Virus record (IMG/VR): IMGVR_UViG_3300027963_000050
Source of the DNA: a virus
Lineage: Duplodnaviria > Heunggongvirae > Uroviricota > Caudoviricetes
DNA: 35,289 nt
Direction: 5' to 3' (one strand)
Shown here: in pieces, positions 35,201-35,289 of the stretch
Numbering within the stretch: the first letter of the stretch is position 1
How the letters are laid out: every line of letters starts with the position of its first letter
Made by a program: the position numbers and the translations under genes
The notes under the pieces: model-generated
Seen by the model: the letters and a program-made list of their open reading frames with translations, nothing else
The model's database searches: none
What the model was told of the DNA's origin: nothing

Positions 35201-35285
35201 CTAATTGGAACCCAACTAAGTCATCAGAAAATGTACCGGAACCGGTAGCCGATTGTGGAGGACAAGTATATTTGGTTATCGCCAT
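32241..35285 (-). CDS. Putative baseplate wedge protein (P2 gpI / T4 gp7-like motif)
   Basis: DIPSQLLKNLSQTLGW and NLILNSAYLFKSKGTRKSIE motifs match the Tail_P2_I-like pattern; ATGA overlap with the downstream gene. Confidence 0.6.
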   Translation of the reverse strand: MAITKYTCPPQSATGSGTFSDDLVGFQLVTGGGLTQGNFEFVTSVTEKTNRTFSTGNFSDPISLDTLGLENVAQSKRIVENNFKVYPNFDLSQITNFTLYGSMVKRLSTSVESIISQFPAALESTFLGVNYVTGATATNIVYNDVENLTSFDFDVAKIRNPFDIDFSVNATRNIQLREVTVSPLRDMTIEYAKYSLYYNNSGYTVSSIVPTSSLSTGTLTITVKGNPFSYQTVIFDDLVVRPNDYEVSRVLNENLDEVENFLLNRTITPLYTATFKVPKEDDSGNYYTYNQTVTWPLYGTWNLDILTPSFTNYLIKLNDIGESLDSYKTNLVSRFLTTGAFKDFDTVDQKMEKVLQVYGRSFDETNKFVSALAYMNSVNYNVGNDIPSQLLKNLSQTLGWSINMSPITNDDFLSSVFGQTNTESSNFAGISQPSTPDELNYQYYRNLILNSAYLFKSKGTRKSIEILMRLIGAPDALVEFNEYVYLADGKINMSDFETQYAQISTGTYLRELPVLDPSDTYTIHGLPNVYTGFTTTSIMKDVNVTLSEYPIDNLGYPSMPENSDVYFFQMGSGWFESTPQHRAPEQVDLTNSVFTGTNPNYQTSLKPYTYGQEYLNNYKQLPFTDLGFNLTAQVDNNKTWVDNEIGLRSNLDGGYNALYFTESDDLVINVKNIDLFLNPAQGLAYDVWYMSRKYDYPISNNGLGWVEPTKCNPSPNVDYPMRGGVDWTVIDPQPKRKTFFEFAQTFWLNTINVRNRQFNTDGKTSGYPTLSSIYWKYLESEKIAGIPNDNFTYKTMIEYVDGLGDYWIRLVEQLIPATTIWNTGVKYENSIFHRQKFVWRRQMGCELIPIYCTPCTLTSNLFANDCPTQIVECSKYPKGTTFNGVLGTLLNAYLIDNGYKFENCSASTLNSQWFVEIYIDNELKIKKPFFNGVGYYNPSPCVETPTFSGASSPCDSVWNTALLTALDGLETFGYDYYITETDNVAIYNIVCDVSRIGVKFDIKVGINFNILCSK

Positions 35286-35289
35286 TATT

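Noticed and set aside
1-35289. Alternative genetic code (TAG/TGA recoding, known in some large phages)
   Set aside because: Long ORFs are intact in the standard code, tile the window with tight junctions, and TAG (11045) and TGA (17765, 32241) act as real stops.
1-35289. Eukaryotic giant-virus origin, suggested by Cys-rich PT-repeat proteins
   Set aside because: The sigma-70 factor, Bacteroidota promoters, intrinsic terminators, operon overlaps, amidase/spanin-like genes and baseplate motifs indicate a bacteriophage.
1-35289. tRNA, rRNA or structured ncRNA genes
   Set aside because: Intergenic gaps are nearly all under ~110 nt and are explained by promoters or terminators; no cloverleaf or T-loop signatures were noticed.

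Overview
AT-rich, gene-dense segment of a large (jumbo-type, probably contractile-tailed) bacteriophage, most likely infecting a Bacteroidota host. The host inference rests on an RpoD-like sigma with the Bacteroidota FISYAVWW/QSILQ signature, TTTG-N19/20-TAnnTTTG promoters, no obvious Shine-Dalgarno sites, and SprB-, DUF285/BspA- and DUF6576-like modules. There are four blocks. (1) 1-4658, minus strand: late-type genes, including modular Glu-rich proteins and a lysis-like cassette (membrane proteins, a catalytically degenerate amidase, an overlapped spanin-like pair). (2) 4729-15882, minus strand: a replication/recombination block (primase, PD-(D/E)xK nuclease, Mre11/SbcD, Rad50/SbcC, sigma factor) with an inserted fused restriction-methyltransferase that has its own host-type promoter. 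(3) 15971-27280, plus strand, and (4) 35285-27321, minus strand: two convergent structural clusters meeting at a bidirectional terminator. They encode baseplate/collar-like proteins and a large set of Cys-rich, Pro/Thr-linked mosaic adhesin-like proteins built from shared modules, plus a stand-alone nucleotidyltransferase and a RuvC-like resolvase. Two distinct promoter classes (host-type TAnnTTTG and a TATTTAT motif) track the early/middle and late blocks. No tRNA, rRNA or CRISPR array was seen. All family assignments come from motif recognition by eye, not database searches.
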